DNA from: Bdellovibrionota bacterium
GTDB taxonomy: Bacteria; Bdellovibrionota_C; UBA2361; CAKMMH01
Length of the DNA: 64,000 nucleotides
Direction: 5' to 3'
Assembly (NCBI GenBank): GCA_050952645.1
Contig: JBMNLI010000012.1
Location: forward strand, 256,001-320,000
The translations under genes were made by a program, and so were the position numbers. Below are positions 31,228 through 40,944 of this stretch, in pieces (within the stretch, counting starts at the first letter, position 1; every line of letters begins with the position of its first letter). The notes beneath the pieces are model-generated. The model was not told the DNA's origin and made no database searches. It saw only the letters and a list, made by a program, of their open reading frames with translations.

Positions 31228-32280
31228 ATGTTTTTACTAATTTTAACAATTCTTATATCCGTTAGCGTTTCTTTTACCTGCTCACTTATAGAAGCTGCTT
31301 TTTACTCTCTCCCTATGACATTTGTTTATGAAGAAGCTAAAAAAGGCAGTCTCTCTGGTAAATTACTATTAAAATTTAAAAAAGATATGGGAAAACCTAT
31401 CTCAGCAATTTTAATTTTAAATACTGTGGCAAACACTACTGGAGCATCGGTCTCAGGTTGGTTAGTAGGAGAGCTTTATGGAGCTAATGCACTTTTGCCG
31501 TTTTCAATTTTTTATACATTACTAATATTATATTGTAGTGAGATTATTCCTAAACTTATAGGCGTAGCAAATTCAAGATTTGCGACCAAGCTATTAGCAG
31601 TCCCTTTAAATATTTTAATTAAAATTCTTTATCCTCTTATATATATTTCACAGTTTGTTTCTAAAAAATTTCAAGGAAACTCAAAAGGAGAAAAAATACG
31701 TGCAGAAGAAGTTTTAACGATAGCAGAAATGGGAACTAAGGAAGGTGCGCTAGACAATTTAGAGGGAGCAGTAATAGAAAATATTATAGAGTTAGACGGC
31801 GTGTTAGTAAAAACCATTATGACGCCTAGAACTGTCGTTACTCGCTTCATGGAAGACCTTACATTAGATGAAATAGCGTTAGAGTTAGAAAACCTTGCCT
31901 TTTCTAGAATTCCACTCTATTCATCTGAAAACCCAGATAAGCTAACTAGCTACGTCACGCAGCGAGATATTTTACAAGAGTTGATAAAAGGAAATAGGAA
32001 CAAGAAGCTTAAAAGCATAGCTAGACCTTTAAAAACTGTGCCAGATTTAATGCGATGCGATGCGCTCCTTTTAGATATGTTTAATACTAAAGAGCACTTC
32101 TATGCAGCGGTTGACGAGTATGGAGGACTTTCAGGCATTATCACGCTAGAAGATATCATCGAACAAATTATAGGACATGAAATAGTAGATGAGTATGATG
32201 CGGTAAGCAATCTTAGGGCGCTTGCAAGACTTTTAAGATTTAAAAAGTGTAGAGAAAATGAGCTTAGTAACAATGCTTAG
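31228..32280 (+). CDS. CNNM/CorB (DUF21 + CBS) membrane protein
   Basis: SFTCSLIEAA, ISAILILNTVANT.GA, SEIIPK, IMTPR, FSRIP, VDEYG…GIITLEDIIE.IIG.EI.DE.D. Confidence 0.92.
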   Translation: MFLLILTILISVSVSFTCSLIEAAFYSLPMTFVYEEAKKGSLSGKLLLKFKKDMGKPISAILILNTVANTTGASVSGWLVGELYGANALLPFSIFYTLLILYCSEIIPKLIGVANSRFATKLLAVPLNILIKILYPLIYISQFVSKKFQGNSKGEKIRAEEVLTIAEMGTKEGALDNLEGAVIENIIELDGVLVKTIMTPRTVVTRFMEDLTLDEIALELENLAFSRIPLYSSENPDKLTSYVTQRDILQELIKGNRNKKLKSIARPLKTVPDLMRCDALLLDMFNTKEHFYAAVDEYGGLSGIITLEDIIEQIIGHEIVDEYDAVSNLRALARLLRFKKCRENELSNNA

Positions 32281-32356
32281 TAGCAATGAGTTTAGTAGCT
32301 AGAAATGGGAAAAGAGTAGGAAAAGAATATAAAGAGAGTAGAAAAACAAAAACGGT

Positions 32357-32463
32357 AGTTCATTTCACGTGTTTAAGTGGGTTAGAAAAAAATTACAGCT
32401 ACACTTAAAGTTTAGGTTTTAAAGTAATTTATTTTATTTAAACACTTTTAAACGTGTAGAACT
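32357..32463. repeat. Degenerate MITE family B copy (inverted)
   Basis: AGTTCATTTCACGTGTTTAAGTGGGTTAGAAAAA…TTTAAACGTGTAGAACT; contains the reverse complement of TTTTTCTAACCCAC. Confidence 0.65.
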
Positions 32464-32495
32464 GTATTTATCAATAACTAGTTTTTACTAGTTTT

Positions 32496-33236
32496 TTACG
32501 AGCTAGGCTCGATATAAATTGCGCTATCGCCATCTAGCCACCTTAAAATTTTCATCATATTTTTTTTAGAAACTGCCACGCATCCACTAGTCGGTTTATC
32601 ATTTTCTACGTGTAGGAAAATAGCTGAACCCTTATATTTTACTGGTGGATTATTATAATCGATTACGACTGCGTATTGATATTCTACACTTTCTTTTATT
32701 AAATGCTCTGATGAGTTCCAAGTAGGTTTCTTTCCTTTTTCTAAAATTTGCATAGTGTTATAAAACTTGCTTTCAGGATCATCTACCCAGTGTTCTAGTC
32801 CGCTTAGCTTTACGTATGGAATATTAGTGTCTATATAATTTATTCCAAAGCCACTTTTAAGAGCATAAAGCCCGCTTGGAGTTTTTCCGTCTCCTTCTCT
32901 TTTTCCCCCTTTTTTAGCTACTCCTTGTCTTCCTACTCGTCCATTAATTTTACTAGCTATTATCCATGTATCGTTTGTTTTTTCAAAAAGAGTAATATTA
33001 GCAAAGGAGATGTTATAAGGCTTAACGAAAATAAGCTTTTTTATTTTATTATCGATATTAAGATTATTAATATTAAAATTAGCTAAGGAATTATCTATAT
33101 TTTTTTTACCACTAATGTTTTCGCTGTTAATGTTTAAGCTGCAGGAAGAAAGTAAAAACATAGAGAATGTAGAAAAGAATGTACAAAATAGAGTAAAGAG
33201 TTTTTTTATTATTATTTTTTTATTTATTATTTTCAT
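32496..33236 (-). CDS. L,D-transpeptidase (YkuD) family lipoprotein
   Basis: Lipobox LSSC; KREGDGKTPSG; GSAIFLH…PTSGCVA. Confidence 0.9.
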   Translation of the reverse strand: MKIINKKIIIKKLFTLFCTFFSTFSMFLLSSCSLNINSENISGKKNIDNSLANFNINNLNIDNKIKKLIFVKPYNISFANITLFEKTNDTWIIASKINGRVGRQGVAKKGGKREGDGKTPSGLYALKSGFGINYIDTNIPYVKLSGLEHWVDDPESKFYNTMQILEKGKKPTWNSSEHLIKESVEYQYAVVIDYNNPPVKYKGSAIFLHVENDKPTSGCVAVSKKNMMKILRWLDGDSAIYIEPSS

Positions 33237-33371
33237 TATTTTTAACGACTCCCCTACTTATCACAAAAATTTCTAATAAATTTTAAATATTGCAAATTGT
33301 ATCATTTAATTTTATCCTTAAGAAGTGGTGTTTTTTTGTAATAAAAAATATAAAAATAGGAAAATCTTTAT

Positions 33372-34745
33372 ATGAAAAAGTTAGTAAAAAATTTTACATT
33401 ATTATTATCAAAATTATTAACAATATTATTAGTATCTTTTAGTTTTATAAGTTTAGTTTCTTGCTATGGAAAGCCTAAACAAAAAAATGTGATATTTATT
33501 TTAATCGATACATTAAGAGCAGATCATTTAAGCTACTATGGATATGAAAGAGATACTACGCCTAATATAGATGCTTTTGCAAAAGAGAGTCTAGTTTTTA
33601 AAAATGCTTTTTCCCCTGCCCCATGGACGCCAGCTGCAATGGCATCGATTTTTACAGGCACTTACACAACGACACACGGCATGGTTCCTCCTAACTCTAG
33701 AGAGGAAGCCTTAAGAGCAGCTACAAAACTTTCGGATAAAGTTTACACTCTTTCAGAGCTTTTTAAAGATAATGGCTACTACACCATGGCGGTTCAAACT
33801 AATCCTTGGCTTACTGAAACTTTCGGGTATGCACAAGGGTTTGACACGTATATTCATAAAAATAGGATAAAGGCAAAAGCGGTAAATAATGAAGCTTATA
33901 ATTTAATAAACGATTATTTAGCTAATAAGGAAAATAAAAATAAGCCCTTTTATTTATACTTACATTATATGGATCCTCACAATCCTTATGAAGCGCCTAG
34001 AGAATACGATAGATATTATAAAGACACTATAAAAGGAGACTATAACGACAGGGCTCAAGAACTTATTAGAAGATATGATAGAGAAATAAAGTATACCGAC
34101 GATAAACTTGGAGAGTTGTTTAATTTTTTAAAAGAAAAAAAACTATACAAAAATTCCGTTATCGTTTTTCTAACCGACCACGGAGAGCAGTTTTTTGAAA
34201 GAGGTCATCAAGGTCATGGGTTTTATCTTTATAACGAAGAGATTCACGTTCCGTTTTTTATTCGTGCTAAAGGACATAAAGGAGAAGTTTTACAGGCTGT
34301 AAGCTCGATAGACTTATTTGAGACTCTTGTAGATTTAAATAAGCTTAAAAATGATAAGTCTACTACTCAAGGTTTTTCTTTAATATCTAAGGAGGGGCTA
34401 GAGCAAAGAAAAAGGACCGATGTTTTAAGTGAGATAAAAAGAAAGTTCCAGCAAAAGGCTATTATAACTACTAATTTAAATAAGCTTATAAATGAATACA
34501 GTTTAGAGACGAAAGATACCGATATATTAAATATAACACCCGATAAACAAAGAGTTTTTGATATTTCTAGTGATGCACTAGAGAAAAAAGAAGTTCATGA
34601 CGATAATTTATTTAATAGACTTAATAAAAGATTTATAAAAGTTTATTCTAATGTGCTGAAAAGCAAAATTACACTCGATAAGGACGATTCGCTTAAAATG
34701 GACGAAAAGACTGCGAGTGAATTAAAATCGTTAGGCTATTTATAG
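33372..34745 (+). CDS. Sulfatase-like hydrolase/transferase, probable lipoprotein, LxxLGY tail
   Basis: LVSC lipobox; IDTLRADHL..YGY.R.TTPNID; HYMDPH.PY; TDHGE.F; ends LKSLGYL. Confidence 0.9.
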   Translation: MKKLVKNFTLLLSKLLTILLVSFSFISLVSCYGKPKQKNVIFILIDTLRADHLSYYGYERDTTPNIDAFAKESLVFKNAFSPAPWTPAAMASIFTGTYTTTHGMVPPNSREEALRAATKLSDKVYTLSELFKDNGYYTMAVQTNPWLTETFGYAQGFDTYIHKNRIKAKAVNNEAYNLINDYLANKENKNKPFYLYLHYMDPHNPYEAPREYDRYYKDTIKGDYNDRAQELIRRYDREIKYTDDKLGELFNFLKEKKLYKNSVIVFLTDHGEQFFERGHQGHGFYLYNEEIHVPFFIRAKGHKGEVLQAVSSIDLFETLVDLNKLKNDKSTTQGFSLISKEGLEQRKRTDVLSEIKRKFQQKAIITTNLNKLINEYSLETKDTDILNITPDKQRVFDISSDALEKKEVHDDNLFNRLNKRFIKVYSNVLKSKITLDKDDSLKMDEKTASELKSLGYL

Positions 34746-34783
34746 CAATTTAAAGATTATAATAATTTACAGATATTTTATAT

Positions 34784-35449
34784 ATGAAATTCTTTAGGGA
34801 AAAATCTTTTTTATTAACTTTACTTATACTGCTTTCGTTTATTTTCTTTACGCCATACTTGCTTTTTGCTAAGGAGAAAGAAGCGAAAACTTGGCAGAAA
34901 AATGCTAAAGGTTTTTTTAATGAAGAGTTTGTAGTTAAGAAAAAAGAAAAAAAAGAGATTAAAAAAAAGTTCAACGCAGGCACTGGGTTTACGGAGTTTG
35001 AAGAGGTCACTCCTACTCTAGAAGTTCTTAAAGGTGCTCCCCATCAAGAAAAAGAACCTTTTGCAGAAAATGAAAAGGAAGAAAGAGAGGTTTATTACAT
35101 TAAAGCGTTTATAAATGCAGATGATTACAAGCATTATAAAGATGAAAAAGAAAAGGCAAAAGATTTTTGTCTTAGAAATAATATTCATCTTATGAATTTA
35201 TATGCTATTTGTAATAAGTGTGATAAAGAGAAAGTTTTTAAAGATTTTGATTGGCTACATTCTTTTATTTTAGGAAGTGTTTTTAGAATTATAAAAACAC
35301 TTCCTAGTAATTATATTAGTATTGAGAAATCACCAGCTTATGCCGTTGGGTTAAAAAATGGTGAAATAATACTAGAAGGGAATGATTTATTAGAAAAGTA
35401 TATAAGGAAATCCTTTTATATAGGAGAGTTAGAAGCTAAAAAACTATAA
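34784..35449 (+). CDS. Secreted hypothetical protein (weak TrbC-like C-terminus)
   Basis: Signal peptide ending LFA; first of three co-oriented secreted orphans. Confidence 0.7.
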   Translation: MKFFREKSFLLTLLILLSFIFFTPYLLFAKEKEAKTWQKNAKGFFNEEFVVKKKEKKEIKKKFNAGTGFTEFEEVTPTLEVLKGAPHQEKEPFAENEKEEREVYYIKAFINADDYKHYKDEKEKAKDFCLRNNIHLMNLYAICNKCDKEKVFKDFDWLHSFILGSVFRIIKTLPSNYISIEKSPAYAVGLKNGEIILEGNDLLEKYIRKSFYIGELEAKKL

Positions 35450-35522
35450 ATGTTTATATAACAATATGCGTAACTTTTTTTAAAAGATGAGAATTTTTTA
35501 AAGACTAGAAGCAAGATAATAG

Positions 35523-36398
35523 ATGAGAGAGCTACTTATAATGAAAAAAATTTTTACCTTACAATTTTTTACTTTATTACTCGCATTACTTATAGCTCAA
35601 ATGCTTATTTTTGCAAACGGTGCGATGTGTGAAACTAAAAAAACGCAAATAAAAATAGATAGAAAAAAAATTCAGCGTGAGGTTTTAGAAAATTCTTATA
35701 ATGAGATTATTGAAGATTATAAAAATAGCTATAATGGACGGAAATTAGAAAAAAAATGGGAAAAAGCGTTATACGAAACGTTAAAAAATGGGAATAATTA
35801 TGCAAAAAACTTTAACATGAAGCAAAATGTGCTATTTCATATTCGTTCAAAAGAGAAAAATTTAGATATGTCTTATACTAACAAGGACTACGTAGCAAAG
35901 GCAGATAATAAGGAGCAAAACACTACATTATCAAGGCAAGAGCTTGAAGAAAGTAGTAAAGAAATGGAAAAATCTATAGAAAAACATTATACCCCAAAAC
36001 GTATAGAAAATTGCAAAAAAAGTTTTACAGAAACTGAAGCAAATGCACTTAGGGACAGATATGCTTTGCGAGAAGAAAACGAAGTAGTCTTTGATGAGCT
36101 TTTACTTTCAAAAGATGTATTAAAATATATAAAAAAAGATAAGCTAATCGAAAAAGATTTTTTTGGTGATAAAAATAAGATTAAATTTTATTCTAATGAG
36201 CCATTTGATTTTGTTTCTCTAAAATTAAAAGATTTTGAAGTAAAATGTCTTCCATTAAGAGTAATAGTAACTAAAAACACTATCACTAGGCATTACGGAG
36301 TAAATGCTTTAAAAAATTATGATTTTAAAAAAGAAGATGGCGAGCTTCATTATCAAGTAAAAAAGAATTTAAAGAAATTACTTTTAGACTTAGATTAG
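35523..36398 (+). CDS. Secreted hypothetical protein (weak TraW-like C-terminus)
   Basis: Signal peptide; FEVKCLPLRV near the C-terminus. Confidence 0.7.
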   Translation: MRELLIMKKIFTLQFFTLLLALLIAQMLIFANGAMCETKKTQIKIDRKKIQREVLENSYNEIIEDYKNSYNGRKLEKKWEKALYETLKNGNNYAKNFNMKQNVLFHIRSKEKNLDMSYTNKDYVAKADNKEQNTTLSRQELEESSKEMEKSIEKHYTPKRIENCKKSFTETEANALRDRYALREENEVVFDELLLSKDVLKYIKKDKLIEKDFFGDKNKIKFYSNEPFDFVSLKLKDFEVKCLPLRVIVTKNTITRHYGVNALKNYDFKKEDGELHYQVKKNLKKLLLDLD

Positions 36399-36494
36399 GT
36401 TTAAAAGCTTAAAATTAGCCTTTAAGATAATTATTAAGATAATTAGAGTTTGAAAAAATTAAGTTTGAAAAAAAACGTTAACAAAGGTTATATT

Positions 36495-39400
36495 ATGAAA
36501 AATTACTTTATAAATAAAAATTATAAATTAAGAGTAGTAGTAACTATATTTTTTATATTTTTCTTTATAGCATCTCCTTTATACGCAGAGTTTGATGATT
36601 TTAGTGATGCAGTGCCTAAAGGTGCAAGTGTAGAAAATTTAAATAAATACAATACTAATACTAATATTAATACTACTACTAATACTGCTACTACGAATAT
36701 TAATGCTAATACAAACGTTAATAAGCCTACAAATTCTAATGTAAACGATGCTTCAAATACCTTTTCTAACACTAATAAACCTACTAGTGATACTACTAAT
36801 ACTTTAAACCAATCGGGTGCTAACAAGCCTACTACTACTACTAATAATAATAATAATAATAATAAGCCATCTCGTAAAATAACTAGACAAGAAGCGATAG
36901 CCGAGATAAATAGTCAACTTAACAATGTAAAGCAAGCTACAATGCTACTAAATGTAATAGGAATAAATAATTATGGAAATTTTATAAATCATATAGGCGG
37001 AGTGCAAAACATACTTTCAACCATAAATTCTTTTGGTGGAGTTAATAGTTTTGCTTCCGTTGTAAATAGTCTTCAAGGATTTAAAAACTTTCAATCTTTA
37101 ATAAACCAAGTAAATGGAATAAGCAACCTTGCGCAATTTATAAACGGCCCAAATATTGGTGGCGTTAGAAATTTTATATCTCTTATAAGGTCGCTAGGAG
37201 GAGGCGGAAATTTGCAATCACTTCTAGGAGATATTGGAGGGCTTGGAAGCTTAAATTCGCTTATAGGAAATCTCGGGGGTATTGGAAGCTTTCAATCGAT
37301 ACTTAGTGCTTTAGGTGGCTTTGGAAATTTTTCTTCGCTAATAAGTGGTATAGGCTTTGGAAATTTAGCTAACTTTATAAGTGGCATTGGTGGTATTGAA
37401 AACCTTGCAAATTTTGCAGGGATAGTAACATCGCTATTCGGGGGATTTGGTAGTAATCTTTTTCAAAGTTTTTTAGCAAACTTAAATTTACTTGGAAGTT
37501 TAGGAAATATCCCTAGTATTTCAAGTATATTGTCGCAATTTGGTTTTGCTAATCTTTTAGATTTTATGAACTGGGCTGAAAGATATCTAAGATTTTTCGG
37601 TATATCTTTAGGTTCTATAGCAAGTGATTGTGAAAATTCAAATAGCGTCTTGACTTGTGCGAGCCAAGCGATGGTCAACGGAACTATGAACCTATTTGGA
37701 GCTGCTGGAGGAGAATATACTTGTAATGGTGGAGTTTGTAGCCGAAATAATACTATGAAGCAAGCTAGTAAATGCCAAGGTGGCTACTGCCCTACTACGC
37801 AAAACTTTGATAATTTTGATAAGAATTTAAAATTTTTTCCTAAGGAGATTAGGCTAGACCCTAATTTGAAAAAAAAAACTAAATTAACTAAAAGTAATGA
37901 TATAGCGATTAATCAAAAAGATAATAAACGTGATGAAATTATGCAAGACATAGCTAGTCAGTTGCGTGGTTCTGAAAGGGAAGAAACTTTTAAAGCGGTA
38001 AAAGAGCAAATAGATAAATATGTAGATACATCTGCTAAAGAAACTAGTTCAAAAGATAGAAAATTACCATTTGCTATAGGAAATGAAAAAGCATCTGAAA
38101 TGCGAAGCAAAGAAGAAGCAATCGCTTTAGCTGGTGATTTTAAAATGTGCAATAAAAAAATTGCAAGCGACAGATTAGATATAAATATGCTAACGGCTCC
38201 GCAGCTTAATTATAAAGAGAATGTTTCTTGTAAAGACGGCACAGGAATATATCTTTCCTCAGCAAAAAACGTATCTAAAGGCAGTTATTTTGAACACCGT
38301 GCTTATAATCGATTGCAAGGGAGACTCTCAGATTTTATTGGCGACCCAGAAGGAATATTAACTGGTTGTTATGAAATACATAAGGTAAAACCTCAGTATT
38401 ATAATATATTAAGACCCGTTGGAAGATGTAGAATGACATTTAACCTAAAAGGCACTAAAATAGGTGTTCCTTCAAAGTTTAAAGAGCAAATTTGGCTACC
38501 TTTTGTTGGTTGTGCCTTAGGTTGCAAAAAATGGACTATAATCTCTGAAAAAGTAGAATACTACTACCCTACTCATAAGATAACTTTAAGCCAGGACCCA
38601 TTATATAGTAGATATTTAGAAAAGAACACGGCAGAGAAGATGCTTGCAAAATATAAAAATGCTGTAAAAACGGAGCTAGAAACGGCTACATCTAGCAAAG
38701 AGCTATCTCAAACGCTTTTAGAAAGCGTATCAAAGTCTGAAAAAAGAGGCTCAGAGGCGAAATTTAAGGGAAAGAGTGATATGGAGATACAAGCGACTAA
38801 GGGCGTGCCAGAAACTGCATTTTTAGGGCAAATTCAGCACGGTTATATGAGAATTTTTCCATTCGATGCTGCCGAAGAAAAAATGGCAAATAATGTGTGG
38901 AGAAATTCCTACATTGCTTCCTCTAAACAAGCACTTCCGCATGTTTCGGCAAATAAATCTTATTGGGGAACTGATTTTAGTGGAGAAAGCGATAAATTTT
39001 TTACTCCAAACCATACGAGTAAAGATAAAGAAAATTTACAGTTCTACTTAAATTATGCTGGAAATGAAAAACAACAAATATTACGAAATAAGCATTTAGA
39101 GCATATAAATATTCCTTGGAATACAGTTAGAAGAGATGGACTTACAGGGGGGTCTTATATATATGTAACCGACCAAAAAACCGACCCAATATTACATGAA
39201 AAAGGAGCTCTTCCAGATGAAGAACTTAATCAATTAAATCAGCATAACACTCCTATCAGAAACAAGAATGCGTTTGGAGTTGGAAATATATCATCTTTAA
39301 ATAATCTTACTCCGACGGGTAATAGCGATTATATAACACAAACGCTAATTCGTGGCTTTAATATGTTTTTAGCGGAGAAAAGCCCAATAAAAACTTTAAC

Positions 39401-40067
39401 TTTTGAGCACGAAGATAAGGCAAAGCCTTTATTAGGAACTGGTATGGGCGAGGTTGGGTTTTGCAAACCACTTGTAGGAACTGATGATCCTCAAATGTTG
39501 CCTTATAAATATCTAAATCATGCAGTTGTAAAAACTATTGTAGGCGATACTTTTTACCAAACGACGCTTGCTCCTATAACGAAAAGAAATCCAATGATAC
39601 GTGGCGAAAGGCAAACATTTAAGCTTAAGTATGATTTATTACATGCTCCAGTTTTAGAAGAGGATAATGGAGAAAAATATCCAAAATCTTTTAATGAAGA
39701 TTTCAATAAGGATGTTCAGAATATACTTAATAAAAAGCTAAAGAAAGACGAGTTGAATGTAGATGAAATAAAGGGAGACACTTGTTATGCGTTATTTGAA
39801 GCGACTAATAATAATTTAGATTTTAATATGGTCAACACTCTTACTAATAAATATAAAAATGTCTCAACACTTGCTAACAAAGGTGAAATAAGTTTTACAT
39901 TATATACTTTATTTTCAGGGACTATCGCTTTCCCAGGAATGACGTGCCACACTTGGTATCACGGAGTTGGCGTTACGCCTAGGCCACAAGCGGGACATTG
40001 TTATGATATGTTTGGTGGCTCAAAGGCTACTCCTAAAATTAGAAACGATGAGTTTCGTTTATTTTAA
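36495..40067 (+). CDS. Large secreted Cys-containing protein with Asn/Thr linker and 13-aa Gly/amphipathic repeats (weak TraU-like motif)
   Basis: About 1190-aa ORF; signal peptide ending PLYA; likely start is the ATG at 36495 after AAAGGT. Confidence 0.85.
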   Translation: MKNYFINKNYKLRVVVTIFFIFFFIASPLYAEFDDFSDAVPKGASVENLNKYNTNTNINTTTNTATTNINANTNVNKPTNSNVNDASNTFSNTNKPTSDTTNTLNQSGANKPTTTTNNNNNNNKPSRKITRQEAIAEINSQLNNVKQATMLLNVIGINNYGNFINHIGGVQNILSTINSFGGVNSFASVVNSLQGFKNFQSLINQVNGISNLAQFINGPNIGGVRNFISLIRSLGGGGNLQSLLGDIGGLGSLNSLIGNLGGIGSFQSILSALGGFGNFSSLISGIGFGNLANFISGIGGIENLANFAGIVTSLFGGFGSNLFQSFLANLNLLGSLGNIPSISSILSQFGFANLLDFMNWAERYLRFFGISLGSIASDCENSNSVLTCASQAMVNGTMNLFGAAGGEYTCNGGVCSRNNTMKQASKCQGGYCPTTQNFDNFDKNLKFFPKEIRLDPNLKKKTKLTKSNDIAINQKDNKRDEIMQDIASQLRGSEREETFKAVKEQIDKYVDTSAKETSSKDRKLPFAIGNEKASEMRSKEEAIALAGDFKMCNKKIASDRLDINMLTAPQLNYKENVSCKDGTGIYLSSAKNVSKGSYFEHRAYNRLQGRLSDFIGDPEGILTGCYEIHKVKPQYYNILRPVGRCRMTFNLKGTKIGVPSKFKEQIWLPFVGCALGCKKWTIISEKVEYYYPTHKITLSQDPLYSRYLEKNTAEKMLAKYKNAVKTELETATSSKELSQTLLESVSKSEKRGSEAKFKGKSDMEIQATKGVPETAFLGQIQHGYMRIFPFDAAEEKMANNVWRNSYIASSKQALPHVSANKSYWGTDFSGESDKFFTPNHTSKDKENLQFYLNYAGNEKQQILRNKHLEHINIPWNTVRRDGLTGGSYIYVTDQKTDPILHEKGALPDEELNQLNQHNTPIRNKNAFGVGNISSLNNLTPTGNSDYITQTLIRGFNMFLAEKSPIKTLTFEHEDKAKPLLGTGMGEVGFCKPLVGTDDPQMLPYKYLNHAVVKTIVGDTFYQTTLAPITKRNPMIRGERQTFKLKYDLLHAPVLEEDNGEKYPKSFNEDFNKDVQNILNKKLKKDELNVDEIKGDTCYALFEATNNNLDFNMVNTLTNKYKNVSTLANKGEISFTLYTLFSGTIAFPGMTCHTWYHGVGVTPRPQAGHCYDMFGGSKATPKIRNDEFRLF

Positions 40068-40105
40068 AGCTTTTTTTTTTAGATGTTTTAACTATAAAAG
40101 AAACT

Positions 40106-40196
40106 AATTCTTCACGTTTTAAGGTGATTTTAAGCTCTTAAAGTTAGCAAAAGTTAGCATAGTCTAGTCTTAGGAAGCCTTAAAACGTGAAGAACT
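40106..40196. mobile_element. MITE family B, short copy
   Basis: Perfect 17-bp IR TTCTTCACGTTTTAAGG (40108-40124) / CCTTAAAACGTGAAGAA (40178-40194). Confidence 0.8.
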
Positions 40197-40237
40197 AAAA
40201 AAAAACTTAAGAAAAAGACAAACTTACCTTAAAGCCT

Positions 40238-40443
40238 AAACTTTCTCTATATTTACGTATACTATGTTTTTTAAGAGCTTAAAACTTTAGCTTTGAGGCT
40301 AGTGTTTATCTTTCTTTAAGTGAATACGTATTTACGTCCGTTATTTTAATAATTTATGCGAGTGTTTCGTAACTTTTTTAAATTATTTTGAGTAGGTTCC
40401 CTAAATTCTCATTAAATTTTATACGTAAGACTAGGGAAAATTT
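40238..40443. mobile_element. MITE-like element, family A (inverted, diverged copy)
   Basis: The reverse complement aligns along its length to 20455-20656 (TACGTATACTATGTTTTTTAAGAG; GAATACGTATTTACGT; AATTATTTTGAGTA). Confidence 0.8.
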
Positions 40444-40575
40444 GGGTTTTAAGCTTAAAATCTTTTAAAACATGCAAAACCCGTTTTTTTTAGAAGCATT
40501 TAGCCTACTAATAAAGATTATATATATAGGAAATTAAAGGTTTTTTATGTTTTTTTTATGGTAGGAGTAGTAAAT

Positions 40576-40743
40576 ATGATTTTATTTAATAATTCTAATT
40601 TAGCAACTAAACTCGATGAAAGCGTTAATTTTAGTAATTTGGCTACTGAAACGAGTGAGTGTGCTACCGATAAAGCAGAATTTGATAAATTGTTAAAAGC
40701 ATATCTTGATGGTATAAAAGTTTATACTGTAAAGCAAAGTTAA
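40576..40743 (+). CDS. Small hypothetical protein (55 aa)
   Basis: AGGAG RBS before the ATG at 40576; internal SNLAT repeat. Confidence 0.4.
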   Translation: MILFNNSNLATKLDESVNFSNLATETSECATDKAEFDKLLKAYLDGIKVYTVKQS

Positions 40744-40944
40744 GAGTAAGAACAAGAGTAAGAATAAGAAGTTTATCATATTTTAAAATATTTGTTTTAA
40801 TTAGGTTTAAATTATAATTTTTTTTACATATTATACTAAATTCTTTTTGTTTTAATAACAATAATATGGTAGTATGATATTACTTTTAGGAGTAGCAATA
40901 TTAGTTTAAAAACAGCGTTATTTTGTTTAATATTTAAAAAGGAT

